Shown: positions 14,143 through 28,014, numbered from the stretch's first letter. The stretch: 64,000 bases of DNA from Macrostomum lignano (GCA_002269645.1 NIVC01000572.1:186001-250000); one strand, 5' to 3'. Numbers and translations: made by a program. The notes: generated by a model from the letters alone, not told the origin.

Positions 14143-14500
14143 GTGCTAGAGTGACGTCAGTAAGAAGTGCTAGGCTAACGTCAGTAAGGAGTACTAGAGT
14201 GACGTTTGTAAGGAGTGCTAGAGTGACGTCAGTAAGGAGTGCTAGAGTGACGTCAGTAAGGAGTGCTAGAGTGACGTCAGTAAGGAGTGCTAGAGTGACG
14301 TCAGTAAGGAGTGCTAGAGTGACGTCAGTAAGGAGTGCTAGAGTGACGTCAGTAAGGAGTGCTAGAGTGACGTCAGTAAGGAGTGCTAGAGTGACGTCAG
14401 TAAGGAGTGCTAGAGTGACGTCAGTAAGGGGTACTAGAGTAAGAAGTGACGCTAGTAAGTGACGTTAGTAAGGTAGTAGGGAGTGCTCGAGTGACGTCAA
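14143..14500. repeat. 24-bp minisatellite, about 13 copies, carrying TGACGTCA
   Basis: Unit AGTGACGTCAGTAAGGAGTGCTAG; about 11 perfect TGACGTCA palindromes. Confidence 0.95.
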
Positions 14501-15253
14501 GGAGCGCGAGAAGCGTCAGTGAGGACAAAGAGCGCCAGGATGACTTCAGTAAAAAATTGTGTCTTCAGCAGCAACACTGACAGTAGGTCCTGACAGTGTT
14601 GGGCCCTTCAGGCGGCAACATCCAAAGTAAAATCTTTTTCTCACTATCAATGCTTTTTAGAAAAGCGACTAATGGTTTTAACATGCACTTTCTTACTGAA
14701 CTGCCACGCAGCTTCTGGTAAAATCAAATTGGTACAAATCGCTCTCATCAATCACTTGAGAATAGTAGAGTTCGAGTTAAACCAAGCTTGGCATGGCAGC
14801 TGATTGGTTTTAGAGATAAGCTTTACGTTCTTTATATATACGACGATATAAAGTGCGATGGTAGGTAGGAGCAGCTTTTTTGAGACTTCGAGGTCCCCAT
14901 GGGATCGAGCGGATCTCAAACAAAATCCTAGTTAGTCAAAGATTTCCACACTTTTTACAATGGTTATTTATGCATTCTTTAAAATTTTCAGGCTGGTTCG
15001 AAACAGTAAAAATCGAATAAAACATCAACATATCTTCCCCACCATTTACACCGAGTCTCTCTGACCTTAGCTTGTACAGAAGTTGCAGAAAGTCTGCAGA
15101 CTTCATGTTTACAGCTTACTCAAATTTGACACTTGATAGAGGTCTTGAAGTCCCAATAATCAATAATCAAGTATCACGTACCAAAACCAGCTACAAGTTC
15201 ACTTGTAGAGAATGCTCTGTAAATTCCCTACCAAAATGTTTTGAACTTCGCAG

Positions 15254-17415
15254 CTCATCACTGCAGCCAGTTTTGTCACGGGCAGCCTCACCGCATGCGG
15301 CTACTGCATGTGCGAGCGCTCGTCAGTGTCCTGCGATTTCGGCTCAGTACACGATCGAATCAAGCCAGGCTTCGCTCTGTCGGATTTCATACCGAATGCG
15401 GACTGTCTCAAACGGGTCGGCGTTGACCCGTCCAACTTTGAGGATCTGTACGTGAATTGCAAGAACAGCCGAGCTCTGGTGAACCAGACTCTCTCTAGGG
15501 ACATGCTGAGCCAGTTCTCCCGGCTCAAGTTTATCACCATCGTTCGGTGCGACCTAACCAGAATCGAGCCGGACGCATTCGAGGGGCTCTACATTCTGGA
15601 AAAGTTCGACGCCAGCGACAACAACTTGGAGCTGCTGCCGCCAGCGCTGTTCGGCCAACGCACTCTGAGCATCTTGAAGCTCAGCGAGAACCCTCGGCTC
15701 CGCTTGGATCCGCGGGTGTTTCGGGGTCTCACTCTCGAGCGTCTGGTGCTGTCGCGTTGTCAACTGACAGAGTTTCCTCTTGGCGCTCTGTTCCCTATTA
15801 GGGGACTTCGCGAGCTCACTTTGTCCGAGAATGAAATCCAATTGGTGCCCAGAGAAGCTCAGGTGCTCATCGCCAATTTGACAATATTGTACTTGGACGG
15901 CAATCCGATTGAGTGCACCTGCGCAAACAGGTGGCTTAGAGAATCAGTGGATTGGGCGAAGCTGTCACCGTCTGTTAGTAGGGTAAGTGAGGCTGACTTC
16001 GGAGCTAAGAAGCTGTCGGAAAATCAGTCATGTTGATCCACTGCTCAAGTCAAAGTGCTCCTGTGCTCAATTCTAAAGCTCATCTTGCTCAATGTAATTC
16101 TCTGCTCAATCATCGTTCTGTACTCAATCATCGTTCTCCTGTACTCAGTCATCGTGCCCCTGTACTCAGTCATCGTGCTCCTGTACTCAATCATCGTGCT
16201 CCTGTACTCAATCATCGTGCTCCTGTACTCAATCATCGTGCTCCTGTACTCAATCATCGTGCTCCTGTACTCAATCATCGTGCTCCTGTACTCAATCATC
16301 GTTCTCCTGTACTCAATCATCGTGCTCCTGTACTCAATCATCGTGCTCCTGTACTCAATCATCGTGCTCCTGTACTCAATCATCGTGCTCCTGTACTCAA
16401 CCATCGTGCTCCTGTACTCAACCATGGTGTATAGTATACTACTAACAATCTTGCAAAACACCCGCAGATATCCAAGCTGCCCACCTGCAAGTCGCCATTC
16501 AGCCTGATGGACATCGAGCTCACCAAAGTTGAGCCGTCGAAATTTCTCTGCCCGCCGCCTCGGATCTCCGGCGTTGACCTTCGCGTGTCCTCAGACTCCG
16601 CTCTGTTGGAGTGCTCAGCAGACGGCGAGGCCAGCCAGTCTTTAGCAGTTCAGAGAATCGCCTGGTCCTACCGGAACTTAGCAATCTCCGAAATCACTTT
16701 ACCAGCTCCAAACGGTCCCCGATTCGTCAAGATGCTGCGCCGTCGTCCGGGCAGCTTGAAGGATCAGCTGATAGTGTACGCATCAGCAATTGACGGTCAC
16801 TCCGCATCTATCAATGTCAGCCTGCGCTGGCCAACGAACCCAGCCGCGACAACAAGAATGACCCCGGCTCGGCTGCCAGCTGACGATGATGACAAAATTC
16901 CGTCCGTAGCGCTCATCCCCGAGCCAGTTGACGACAAGACCCGACCAGTCGATCGGCATGGCCTCAACCAATCCGATTACTACACCGCTAAACAGTTCAC
17001 TCTGCTAGAAATGATTGTCGCCGTGATTGGCACCTTCCTGACTACTAGTCTGGCCTTCCTGCTGTGCTGCCAGTTCGCCAGGTGGTATCGGAGACGCGAC
17101 CGGAAACGCTGGCTGCCTGCCAGCGCTGGCTACGCTGGCGCGACCACCTACGGCTACAGCCTGCACCATCCGCATCAGACGGGCTCGCTGTCGCAGCACG
17201 AATACGACGTGCCCCGTCTGGACCATCAGCATCCGTTGCATCTGCCGCCACCGCCACCGCCACCGCATCAACAGCAGCCGCCAACTCTGCCGCTAAAGCT
17301 GCCATCATCGGCTAGCGTTGTCAACGGAGGCGGAGGCGGCATTGTGGTCGCCACGGCCGCTAATAGCAACGAATTCTTGGACTTTAGCAATCCAAGATTG
17401 AAGTACAATGTGTGA
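15254..17415 (+). CDS. LRR-Ig-transmembrane (LIG-family-like) cell-surface protein; first coding exon not located with certainty
   Basis: Exon 15254-15982 (acceptor CTTCGCAG, donor AGG/GTAAGT): end of a hydrophobic signal-like segment, LRRNT CGYCMC..VSC, LRRs (LxxLxLSxNxL, ending LYLDGNPIECTC). Exon 16468-17415 (acceptor CCCGCAG, phase 0): LRRCT completed by LPTCKSPFSL..FLC, Ig-like segment (LLECSADG..IAW), TM helix LLEMIVAVIGTFLTTSLAFLLCC, His/Pro-rich tail ending YNV*. A possible ATG-only upstream exon (ATG/GTAGGT near 14858) is speculative. Confidence 0.88.
16100..16428. repeat. 21-bp intronic minisatellite, about 16 copies
   Basis: Unit CTCCTGTACTCAATCATCGTG, within the LRR gene intron 15983-16467. 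Confidence 0.94.
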
Positions 17416-17557
17416 TAAACATTTTGCTCTGTACACGTATGTGTTCTGTAGGGTTTTGTATCATAGACTCGGCTTAGTGGTTTTATGTTATGCAGAAGCG
17501 CTTGTGGAGTTATCCACGAATCTCATGCTCATTACAGAATTAGTGTACGAATCTCAG

Positions 17558-18975
17558 CATACGAATCTCAGCCCTGACAAGATAGAGAGACGAATCTCAC
17601 CCCTGACACGATAGAGACGAATCTCACCCCTGACACGTTAGAGACGAATCTCACCCCTGACAAGATAGAGACGAATCTCAGCCCTGACACGATAGAGACG
17701 AATCTCAGCCCTGACAAGATAGAGACGAATCTCACCCCTGACACGTTAGAGACGAATCTCAGCCCTGACAAGATAGAGACGAATCTCAGCCCTGACAAGA
17801 TAGAGACGAATCTCAGCCCTGACAAGATAGAGACGAATCTCAGCCCTGACAAGATAGAGACGAATCTCACCCCTGACACGTTAGAGACGAATCTCAGCCC
17901 TGACAATATAGAGACGAATCTCAGCCCTGACAAGATAGAGATGAATCTCACCCCTGACACGTTAGAGACGAATCTCAGCCCTGACAAGATAGAGACGAAT
18001 CTCGTCCCCTGACACGATAGAGACGAATCTCACCCCTGACACGATGGAGACGAATCTCACCCCTGACAAGATAGAGACGAATCTCACCCCTGACAAGATA
18101 GAGACGAATCTCACCCCTGACACGATGGAGACGAATCTCACCCCTGACAAGATAGAGACGAATCTCACCCCTGACACGATAGAGAGACGAATCTCACCCC
18201 TGACACGATAGAGACGAATCTCACCCCTGACACGATGGAGACGAATCTCACCCCTGACACGATAGAGACGAATCTCGCCCCTGACAAGATAGAGACGAAT
18301 CTCACCCCTGACACGTTAGAGACGAATCTCACCCCTGACAAGATAGAGACGAATCTCACCCCTGACACGTTAGAGACGAATCTCACCCCTGACACGTTAG
18401 AGACGAATCTCACCCCTGACAAGATAGAGACGAATCTCACCCCTGACAAGATAGAGACGAATCTCACCCCTGACACGTTAGAGACGAATCTCAGCCCTGA
18501 CAAGATAGAGACGAGTGCCCTGACAAGATAGAGACGAATCTCACCCCTGACAAGATAGAGACGAGTGCCCTGACAAGATAGAGACGAATCTCACCCCTGA
18601 CAAGATAGAGATGAGTGCCCTGACAAGATAGAGACGAATCTCACCCCTGATAAGATAGAGACGAATCTCACCGGCCTGACACGTTAGAGACGAATCTCAG
18701 CCCTGACAAGATAGAGACGAGTGCCCTGACAAGATAGAGAAGAATCTCACCCCTGACAAGATAGACACGAATCTCACCCCTGACACGATAGAGACGAATC
18801 TCACCCCTGACAAGATAGAGACGAATCTCACCCCTGACAAGATAGAAACGAATCTCACCACTGACACATTAGCCACGAATCTCACCCCCACACGTTAGAC
18901 ACAAATCTCACCCCTGAAACGTTAGAGACGAATCTCACCCCTGACACGTTGGAGACGAATCTCACCCCTAACAGA
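17558..18975. repeat. 27-bp minisatellite, about 52 copies
   Basis: Unit GAGACGAATCTCACCCCTGACAAGATA with 22-bp deletion variants. Confidence 0.95.
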
Positions 18976-19387
18976 GAGATTAGTGAATGTTTTTTCTATA
19001 AATGCTTCCTTCATCTCAAAAAGTGTATATTCAAAAAACAGATCTTTTACACTGCGTAAAATTGCTTTTGTCGATTGATCTACATTTGTACTTAATTTGC
19101 CCCCCTGCTGTCAAGTTAAACTGAATTTTTGTACATTTCAAATGTACTTTTTGTTGTGGCTGCAGCTACCCACCAAAGCGGCTTTCAATTCAACTGTCAA
19201 TTACTCTGAGTTAAAAATTTGTAGGCTTCAAGTAGATTATGCAAACTGTACATCCACACTTGCTGTACTGCACAGCAATTGCTTTCTAGTGCGCTGTTGA
19301 TCTGCCTTGCCGATAGCAACTCTGAACTGCATTGTTTCCCTTTTTGCCACTAATTTTGCCAAGCTTTTCTGCTTTCCGCTGGAATCT

Positions 19388-20725
19388 CGTCTGTTATCCA
19401 CCCCCTGTCGGTTATCCGCCCCCTGTCTGTTATCCGCCCCCTGTCTGTTATCCGCCCCCTGTCTGTTATCCGCCCCCTGTCGGTTATCCGCCCCCTGTCT
19501 GTTATCCGCCCCCTGTCTGTTATCCGCCCCTGTCTGTTATCCGCCCCCTGTCTGCTATCCGCCCCCTGTCTGTTATCCGCCCCCTGTCTGTTATCCGCCC
19601 CCTGTCGGTTATCCGCCCCTGTCTGTTATCCGCCCCCCTCTGTTATCCGCCCCTGTCGGTTATCCGCCCCCTGTCTGTTATCCGCCCCCTGTCTGTTATC
19701 TGCCCCTGTCTGTTATCCGCCCCATGTCTGTTATCCGCCCCCTGTCTGTTATCCGCCCCCTGTCTGTTATCCGCCCCCGTCTGTTATCCGCCCCCTGTCG
19801 GTTATCCTCCCCTGTATGCTATACCCCTGTCTGCTATCCGCCCCCTGTCTGTTATCCGCCTCTGTCTGCTATCCGCCCCCTGTCTGTTATCCGCCTCTGT
19901 CTGCTATCCGCCCCCTGTCTGCTATCTGCCCCTGTCTGTTATCCGCCCCATGTCTGTTATCCGCCCCCTGTCTGCTATCCGCCCCCTGTCTGTTATCCGC
20001 CTCTGTCTGCTATCCGCCCCCTGTCTGCTATCTGCCCCTGTCTGTTATCCGCCCCATGTCTGTTATCCGCCCCCTGTCGGTTATCCGCCCCCTGTCTGTT
20101 ATCTGCCCCTGTCTGTTATCCGCCCCCTGTCTGTTATCTGCCCCTGTCTGTTATCCGCCCCTGTCTGCTATACCCCTGTCTGCTATCCGCCCCCTGTCTG
20201 CTATCCGCCCCCTGTCGGTTATCCGCCCCCTGTCTGTTATCCGCCCCCTGTCTGTTATCCGCCCCCTGTCGGTTATCCGCCCCCTGTCGGTTATCCGCCT
20301 GGCCCGTGTCTGTTATCCGCCCCCTGTCGGTTATCCGCCCCTGTCGGTTATCCGCCCCCTGTCTGTTATCCGCCCCCTGTCTGTTATCCGCCCCTGTCTG
20401 CTATCCGCCCCCTGTCTGTTATCCGCCCCCTGTCTGTTATCCGCCCCTGTCTGCTATCCGCCCCCTGTCTGTTATCCGCCCCCTGTCGGTTATCCGCCCC
20501 CTGTCGGTTATCCGCCTGGCCCGTGTCTGTTATCCGCCCCCTGTCGGTTATCCGCCCCCTGTCTGCTATCCGCCCCCTGTCTGTTATCCGCCCCCTGTCT
20601 GTTATCCGCCCCCTGTCTGTTATCCGCCCCTGTCTCTGTCGGTTATCCGCCTGGCCCGTGTCTGTTATCCGCCCCCTGTCGGTTATCCGCCCCCTGTCGG
20701 TTATCCGCCCCCTGTCTGTTTTCCA
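19388..20725. repeat. 18-19 bp minisatellite, about 70 copies
   Basis: Unit CTGTTATCCGCCCCCTGT(C). Confidence 0.95.
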
Positions 20726-21039
20726 CCCTTTAAAGTAATTTGAAATGAACCTGTTTAAAAATATTTTTTTGTTTTAACTTTAAACTCGAGTATTTCGCTT
20801 CATTTAAAAAAACCCAAAAAACTCGTATTAGAATATTTTATTGCATTATTCAATTTCTGTTTGCGTTCGACATTCGCGATCAAAATAGCAGAAAATTTAT
20901 TAAATTGAATTTGATTGATAAATATACTCATAAAGCAACTTCGATTTCATTCATAAATAGATTATTAATTATTAGCAAATCGAAATGACGCTAATTATAC
21001 GCGCATATGCATGCATTTTTCTATTTTTATTTAAACATA

Positions 21040-21260
21040 GTTAACGACCCCCAAGTTCGATCCCTGACATGTCTACATGCCTGACAACTAGAAAGTCAGG
21101 GCTGCTGTTCACCTTGTGTGAGCTGTGTTTGAGTGCATGCCTGCGTACTGTATTGGAGCGCTTGTGTGTGTTCAGGAGTAAGCGAAATGAGCAGAATGGG
21201 CCATGAGATTGCATACAGCAGTTTCGGCTTTCGAACAACCCTTGAACCAATCGCATACTG
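21040..21260 (+). mobile_element. Degenerate SINE copy sharing a central domain with the SINEs at 56.2-57.6 kb
   Basis: B-box-like AGTTCGATCCC followed by TACATGCCTGACAAC..AAAGTCAGGGCTGCTGTTCAC, matching the reverse complement of GTGTACAGCGGCCCTGACTTT..TTAGGCATGTACAC at about 56405-56447. Confidence 0.5.
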
Positions 21261-21409
21261 TGTGCTGTGCATTTGCGATGTTTCAAATGACCTTCAGATG
21301 ATCAGAAGTTCAAGAGTAATAAAATCGTCCATTTTGATTGGCCTAAATCCTGGAAATGCATTTTGAGGGCATTTTTAATCCTCCAAATTCAAGCCAAAGG
21401 AGACTGGGG

Positions 21410-22445
21410 GCGCCCACCAAGAGACAGGGAGCGCCAATCAAATGACAGGGGCGATCACCAAGAGACACGGGCGCCCACCAAGAGACAGGGAGCGCCAATC
21501 AAATGACAGGGGCGATCACCAAGAGACACGGGCGCCCACCAAGAGACAGGGGTGCCCACAAAGAGACAGGGAGCGCCAATCAAATGACAGGGGCGCCCAC
21601 AAAGAGACAGGGAGCGCCAATCAAATGACAGGGGCGATCACCAAGAGACAGGGGTGATCACCAAGAGACAGGGGCGCCAACCAAGAGACAGGGGCGCCCA
21701 CCAAGAGACAGGGGCGATCACCAAGAGACAGGGGCGCCCACCAAGAGACAGGGGGCGCCCACCAAGAGACAGGGGGCGATCACCAAGAGACAGGGGCGCC
21801 CACCAAGAGACAGGGGCAATCACTAAGAGACAGGGGTGCCCACCAAGAGACAGGGGCGATCACCAAGAGACAGGGGCGATCACCAAGAGACAGGGGCGCC
21901 CACCAAGAGACAGGGGGCGCCCACCAAGAGACAGGGGGCGATCACCAAGAGACAGGGACGCAAATCAAAAGACAGGGGTGATCACCAAGAGACAGGGGCG
22001 CCCACCAAGAGACAGGGGCGATCACCAAGAGACAGGGGCGCCCACCAAGAGACAGGGGGCGCCCACCAAGAGACAGGGGGCGATCACCAAGAGACAGGGG
22101 CGCCCACCAAGAGACAGGGGCAATCACTAAGAGACAGGGGCGCCCACCAAGAGACAGGGGCGATCACCAAGAGACAGGGGCGATCACCAAGAGACAGGGA
22201 CGCAAATCAAAAGACAGGGGTGATCACCAAGAGACAGGGGCGCCAACCAAGAGACAGGGGCGCCCACCAAGAGACAGGGGCGCCCACCAAGAGACAGGGG
22301 CGCCCACCAAGAGACAGGGGCGCCCACCAAGAGACAGGGGCGCCAACCAAGAGACAGGGGCGCCAACCAAGAGACAGGGGCGCCGACCAAGAGACAGGGG
22401 CGCCAACCAAGAGACAGGGGCGCCAACCAAGAGACAGGGGCGCAA
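21410..22445. repeat. 20-bp minisatellite, about 50 copies
   Basis: Unit ACCAAGAGACAGGGGCGCCC; same family inverted at 30460-30690. Confidence 0.95.
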
Positions 22446-22764
22446 ACTTTCTTTGTATAATTGCGTCTGCATTCCAGAAAATTCCACATTAAATATATAT
22501 ATTAGTATTTTGCAGTTCACAACTGTAAACTTTCGTCTGTTGCTTACTGTATAACTGCGAAATACAGTAGGAACAAATTGCCACAAATTTATCATAATTA
22601 TATGCAAGAGTTATGAGATTTCGTCGTTTTATCAGCTATAAATTTGCGCATTTGTGGCGAAGCGAAAATGTTCAATTAAGTGTTTTATTAATATTTTTAC
22701 TTGATAATTGCAAGCATCACTGGAGACTGACTCAGCGAGTCGGATTTCTCTGAGTGGGATATTA

Positions 22765-23058
22765 GAGGGTGGGATTTCAGTGAGTGGGATTTCAGTAATT
22801 GGGATTTCAGTGAGTGGGAGTTCAGTAATTGGGATTTCAGTGAGTGGGATTTCAGTGAGTGGGATTTCAGTGAGTGGGATTTCAGTGAGTGGGATTTCAG
22901 TGAGTGGGATTTCAGTGAGGGGATTTCAGTGAGTGGGATTTCAGTGAGTGGGATTTCAGTAATTGGGATTTCAGTGAGTGGGATTTCAGTGAGTGGGATT
23001 TCAGTGAGTGGGATATCTATCTCTGAGTGGGATATCAGTGGGATTTCAGTGAGTGAGA
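22765..23058. repeat. 15-bp minisatellite, about 19 copies
   Basis: Unit GGGATTTCAGTGAGT. Confidence 0.92.
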
Positions 23059-23571
23059 TTCCATTCTATGCTCATTCTAGTTCATTGATAATTTTTTCGT
23101 TAACATTTTATGATTCATATCTCTAACTGCAGCAGTCAACTATAATGTTGATTAGAGAATTCTGAGGGCAAACATGATCACTAATTTATTGATTGCTTTT
23201 GCAAGCTGCCTGATAGCGATCAAAGAGATTGCACCCAATTATGGGCTGGCAAAGAAGCTGGAACTGATCCAGATGAGATATTTGAGCACGCAACAAATCC
23301 CAAACTGTTCTCAGTTCCCCCAGCTATTGGTTTATCCCACACACTGTGGCTGCAGTGGCAAAGGCGGAGATCAAATGCAAATTGCGCCAACACCCACGCC
23401 TTCAGACAGATACAGGAAAATTCCCAAACTGATCAGAGGATAATGCTCGGATCTCCTAATCAAGAATGAGCAGCCCATGGGCGCCTTATAGCTACAGCAG
23501 ATCCAGCAGTGATTCTCTGCGCAGTTTCTTGGTCTGCTATGAGCAAATTTACCCTAAACTGAGACACTTTT

Positions 23572-23746
23572 CCTCTCTGGCCATGCTAGTTCCTCTCTGG
23601 TCATGCTAATTCCTCTCTGGTCATGCTAGTTCCTCTCTAGTCATGCTAGTCCCTCTCTGGTCATGATAGTTCCTCTCTGGTCATGCTAGTTCCTCTCTGG
23701 TCATTCTAGTTCCTCTCTGGTCATGCTAGTTCCTATCTGGTCATGC
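23572..23746. repeat. 20-bp minisatellite, about 9 copies
   Basis: Unit TCCTCTCTGGTCATGCTAGT. Confidence 0.92.
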
Positions 23747-24188
23747 AGAGATAGCAGAGATGAATTCATCAACGTACATGTAGTATGTAATCCAAAGCAG
23801 AAAGCAAGATCCTTTTGAATGTGCAGCAGAGCCCATAAATCAAAAAACTGCATAAAGTACAACAACTGCATTTATGCAGAACGAAATAATGGCCGTCTTG
23901 TTTGTTTTGTGTAGTTTTTTCTGCGGCCGCGGCAAAAGCAGTGCAGGAAATTAACGAGTTGTTTTTCTGCCAGAAAGCGATCAAGGGAGCCGGCACTCAA
24001 GCATGGCCTTTCCTGCCCGAGTCCAATCAGGCCGGCTTATTGCTATCCGGGCGGGTCGTTGCTGCGAGGTGCTTCAGAAACTGGAGAACTGCTTTTAGAA
24101 GAACTTAGAGAATGCGAGCAAACCGGGATGGAAAAAGATGTCAAATCGACCGCTTGTTGCTTTGCTATTGCCTGCTTTGCGAAAGAAG

Positions 24189-24703
<515 letters not shown>

Positions 24704-24964
24704 AGTCAGGGGTGCAAATGGTTGCCCTCTGATTGTGCAAATGGCGCAGTTGAGAGGCCATGAGAGCGAAAAAACTTTTTCTAGAAAATTTTGCACTAAC
24801 TTAGTGCTTCTATTCTGCATTGTCGGAACATTTTCTTGCGAATAAAGTGTGTCATAAATCAATGGTTTTCTTTCTTAGAAAAGCAAAGTAGCGAAGGACT
24901 TCTACTAAGCACAACAAATTTTTGTATCAAAAAGTTACTAACGAAAAACTACAAATAAATATAG

Positions 24965-25262
24965 ACTGGGACAGAGGGTGAGACACACTGGCATAGGGTG
25001 AGACACACTGGCATAGGGTGAGACACACGGGCAGAGAGTGAGACACACGGACAGAGGGTGAGACACACGGGCATAGGGTGAGACACACGGGCAGAGAGTG
25101 AGACACACGGACAGAGGGTGAGACACACGGGCATAGGGTGAGACACACGGGCAGAGAGTGAGACACACGGACAGAGGGTGAGACACACGGGCATAGGGTG
25201 AGACACACGGGCAGAGGGTGAGACACGGACAGAGGGTGAAACACGGACACAGGGTGAGACAG
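24965..25262. repeat. 20-bp minisatellite with 60-bp higher-order repeat
   Basis: Units GGGTGAGACACACGG(GCATA/GCAGA/ACAGA); lines starting 25021, 25081 and 25141 are identical. Confidence 0.93.
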
Positions 25263-25871
25263 AGTCAGTGGAGCATAGCCGACTGAGATGAGAGGTTACA
25301 ATTGAGTGAAATGCTGGGGTTTACTATCAGATACAAATGAGCCAGACTCAGAAGCCAATATAACTAACAGTGCTATCCATCAGCCATCGATCAAGTTTAG
25401 AGTGAGTCATCATGGTCACGATGAGAGATAATGAACCGGTGCCTACTTTTGACCGTTTGGCTTTTTATCAATTCCGATCACGGATAGAAAATCTTAGCTA
25501 GTTGTATTCCTCAAAATCAAGGATCCCAGAGACCCAATCAGAGTGCCGGGCGAACTCCTCTCTCTCTCTCATTCCTAAACCGTATGACGCAATCGCTGCC
25601 TTTGGGATGCAAATCACTCAATTAAATTAACCAGGATTCTCCCATACATACATTTATATACTCGTATACTTACTGCTTATTGATGGGTTATTCATCTATT
25701 CATACTTGAGCAGTGAAGTTCTGCTCTTGAGGAGTTCCGATGGTCGCATGACTGACAGATTAAGGGGATTAGGCTAATATAATCTGTGGGAGTGGGGATG
25801 CAGTGTCGAGACTTGAATCGGTGATGCTTAAACTTGTAAATTCCGTGCGGCTGTTGAAGTCTGCTGTATGG

Positions 25872-26600
25872 GGAGAGAAGGAGAGGGAGAGAAGGAGAGT
25901 GAGAGAGGGAGAGTGAGAGAAGGAGAGTGAGAGAAGGAGAGTTAGAGAAGGAGAGTGAGAGAAGGAGAGGGAGTGAAGGAGAGTGAGAGAAGGAGAGTGA
26001 GAGAAGGAGAGGGAGTGAAGGAGAGGGAGAGAAGTAGAGTGGGAGAAGGAGAGTGAGAGAAGGAGAGGGAGAGAAGGAGAGTGAGAGAAGAAGAGTGAGA
26101 GAAGGAGAGTGAGAGAAGGAGAGTGAGAGAAGGAGAGTGAGTGAAGGAGAGTGAGAGAAGGAGAGTGAGAGAAGGAGAGTGAGAGAAGGAGAGGGAGAGA
26201 AGGAGAGTGAGAGAAGAAGAGTGAGAGAAGGAGAGTGAGAGAAGGAGAGTGAGAGAAGGAGAGTGAGAGAAGGAGAGTGAGAGAAGGAGAGTGAGAGAAG
26301 GAGAGTGAGAGAAGGAGAGTGAGAGAAGGAGAGTGAGAGAAGGAGAGTGAGAGAAGGAGAGTGAGAGAAGGAGAGTGAGAGAAGGAGAGTGAGAGAAGGA
26401 GAGTGAGAGAAGGAGAGTGAGAGAAGGAGAGGGAGTGAAGGAGAGTGAGAGAAGGAGAGTGAGAGAAGGAGAGGGAGTGAAGGAGAGTGAGAGAAGGAGA
26501 GGGAGAGAAGGAGAGGGAGAGAAGGAGAGGGAGAGAAGGAGAGGGAGAGAAGGAGAAGGAGAGAAGGAGAGTGAGACAAGTAGAGTCAGGAGAGTGAGAG
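25872..26600. repeat. 14-bp polypurine minisatellite, about 50 copies
   Basis: Unit GAGAGTGAGAGAAG. Confidence 0.95.
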
Positions 26601-27035
26601 AAATAAAGAAGGAGACAATCGAGAGAAAAGTAAAGTGACATATAACAAATTTCAATAGCAAAAACACACGAGTAGTTACTATCACAGAAAGTGAGAATGA
26701 AATGGTAGTCAGATTTGAAGCGTGAATGATGATTCAGAGTAGAGCAAAAATGAAAATTTCCATGACAGCAACAGCAGCAGCGGAAGAGCAGCAGGATTGC
26801 AGGCCTTGATCCAGTCTAGTCCAGCACAGAATTCAGTTTCTGCTTCAACGCTTTTCTGGAATCCCTTTACACCCAGGCTGTTGGGATTTTTAGTGCCTCA
26901 CCCATTGATTTGATTGGCAGTCTCCATTCTATCTTCATCTTACTCGATGCGAGAATTACATCGCAGCTGTACTGCTTGTGGCTTTAATGCGAGTTTTGAA
27001 GAAAATGATCAAAAAATATCGTTTTTCAACTTTTA

Positions 27036-27655
27036 GTAGAGTAGGGATAGGGAGAGAGGTAGAGTAGAGATAGGGAGAGAGGTAGAGTAGGGATATGGAG
27101 AGAGGTAGAGTAGGGATAAGGAGAGAGGTGGAGTAGGATTAGAGAGGTAGAGTAGGGATAGGGAGAGAGGTAGAGTAGGGATAGGGAGAGAGGTAAAGTA
27201 GGGATAGGGAGAGAGGTAGAGTAGAGATAGGGAGAGAGGTAGAGTAGGGATAGGGAGAGAGGTAGAGTAGGGATAGGGGGAGAGGTAGAGTAGAGATAGG
27301 GAGAGAGGTAGAGTAGGGATAGGGAGAGAGGTAGAGTAGGGATAAGGAGAGATGTAGAGTAGGGATAGGGAGAGAAGTAGAGTAGAGATAGGGAGAGAGG
27401 TAGAGTAGAGATAGGGAGAGAGGTAGAGTAGAGATAGGGAGAGAGGTAGAGTAGGGATAAGTAGAGAGGTAGGGTAGGGATAGGGAGAGAGGTAGAGTAG
27501 AGATAGGGAGAGAGGTAGAGTAGGGATAAGGAGAAAGGTAGAGTAGGGATAGGGAGAGAGGTAGAGTAGGGATAGGGAGAGAGGTAGAGTAGGGATAGGG
27601 AGAGAGGTAGAGTAGGGATAGGGAGAGAGGTAGAGTATGGAGAGGGAGAGAGGGA
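27036..27655. repeat. 23-bp purine-rich minisatellite, about 27 copies
   Basis: Unit GTAGAGTAGGGATAGGGAGAGAG. Confidence 0.94.
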
Positions 27656-28014
27656 GAACCATGGTTGGAGGACCAAGTGCAGAGGGTTCCAACAAAGGAT
27701 ATACCTCACTAGAGTTTTTGATGCCATTCAGTAGAAACCCTAAAGCAGCTGTCGCAACTTACTGACTATCTGACAGTTCATTTTTATCAAAGACACGCGC
27801 GCCTCAATAAAGTTGGCGCTAAAACTCATCTGCCATTTTCACGCCACAGCTTCTACATCAACGCTTGCGTGCAAATATTCGAAAACTGCATGATTTAAAT
27901 GTTTTAAGGCCACTGTTCTCATGCATTTACGAATATTAAAGCTGTCTTTTATTGTCTCGTTTCAGTGTTGCTTTCCAGATAGCTGCTATCCGGATAGCTA
28001 AATGCTTTTTCGGG

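Noticed and set aside
15072-15801. Alternative-frame ORFs overlapping the LRR exon
   Set aside because: Shadow ORFs of GC-rich coding sequence with no motifs.
24706-24750. CAGGGGTGCAAAT hAT-like TIR start
   Set aside because: No partner TIR or TSD found.
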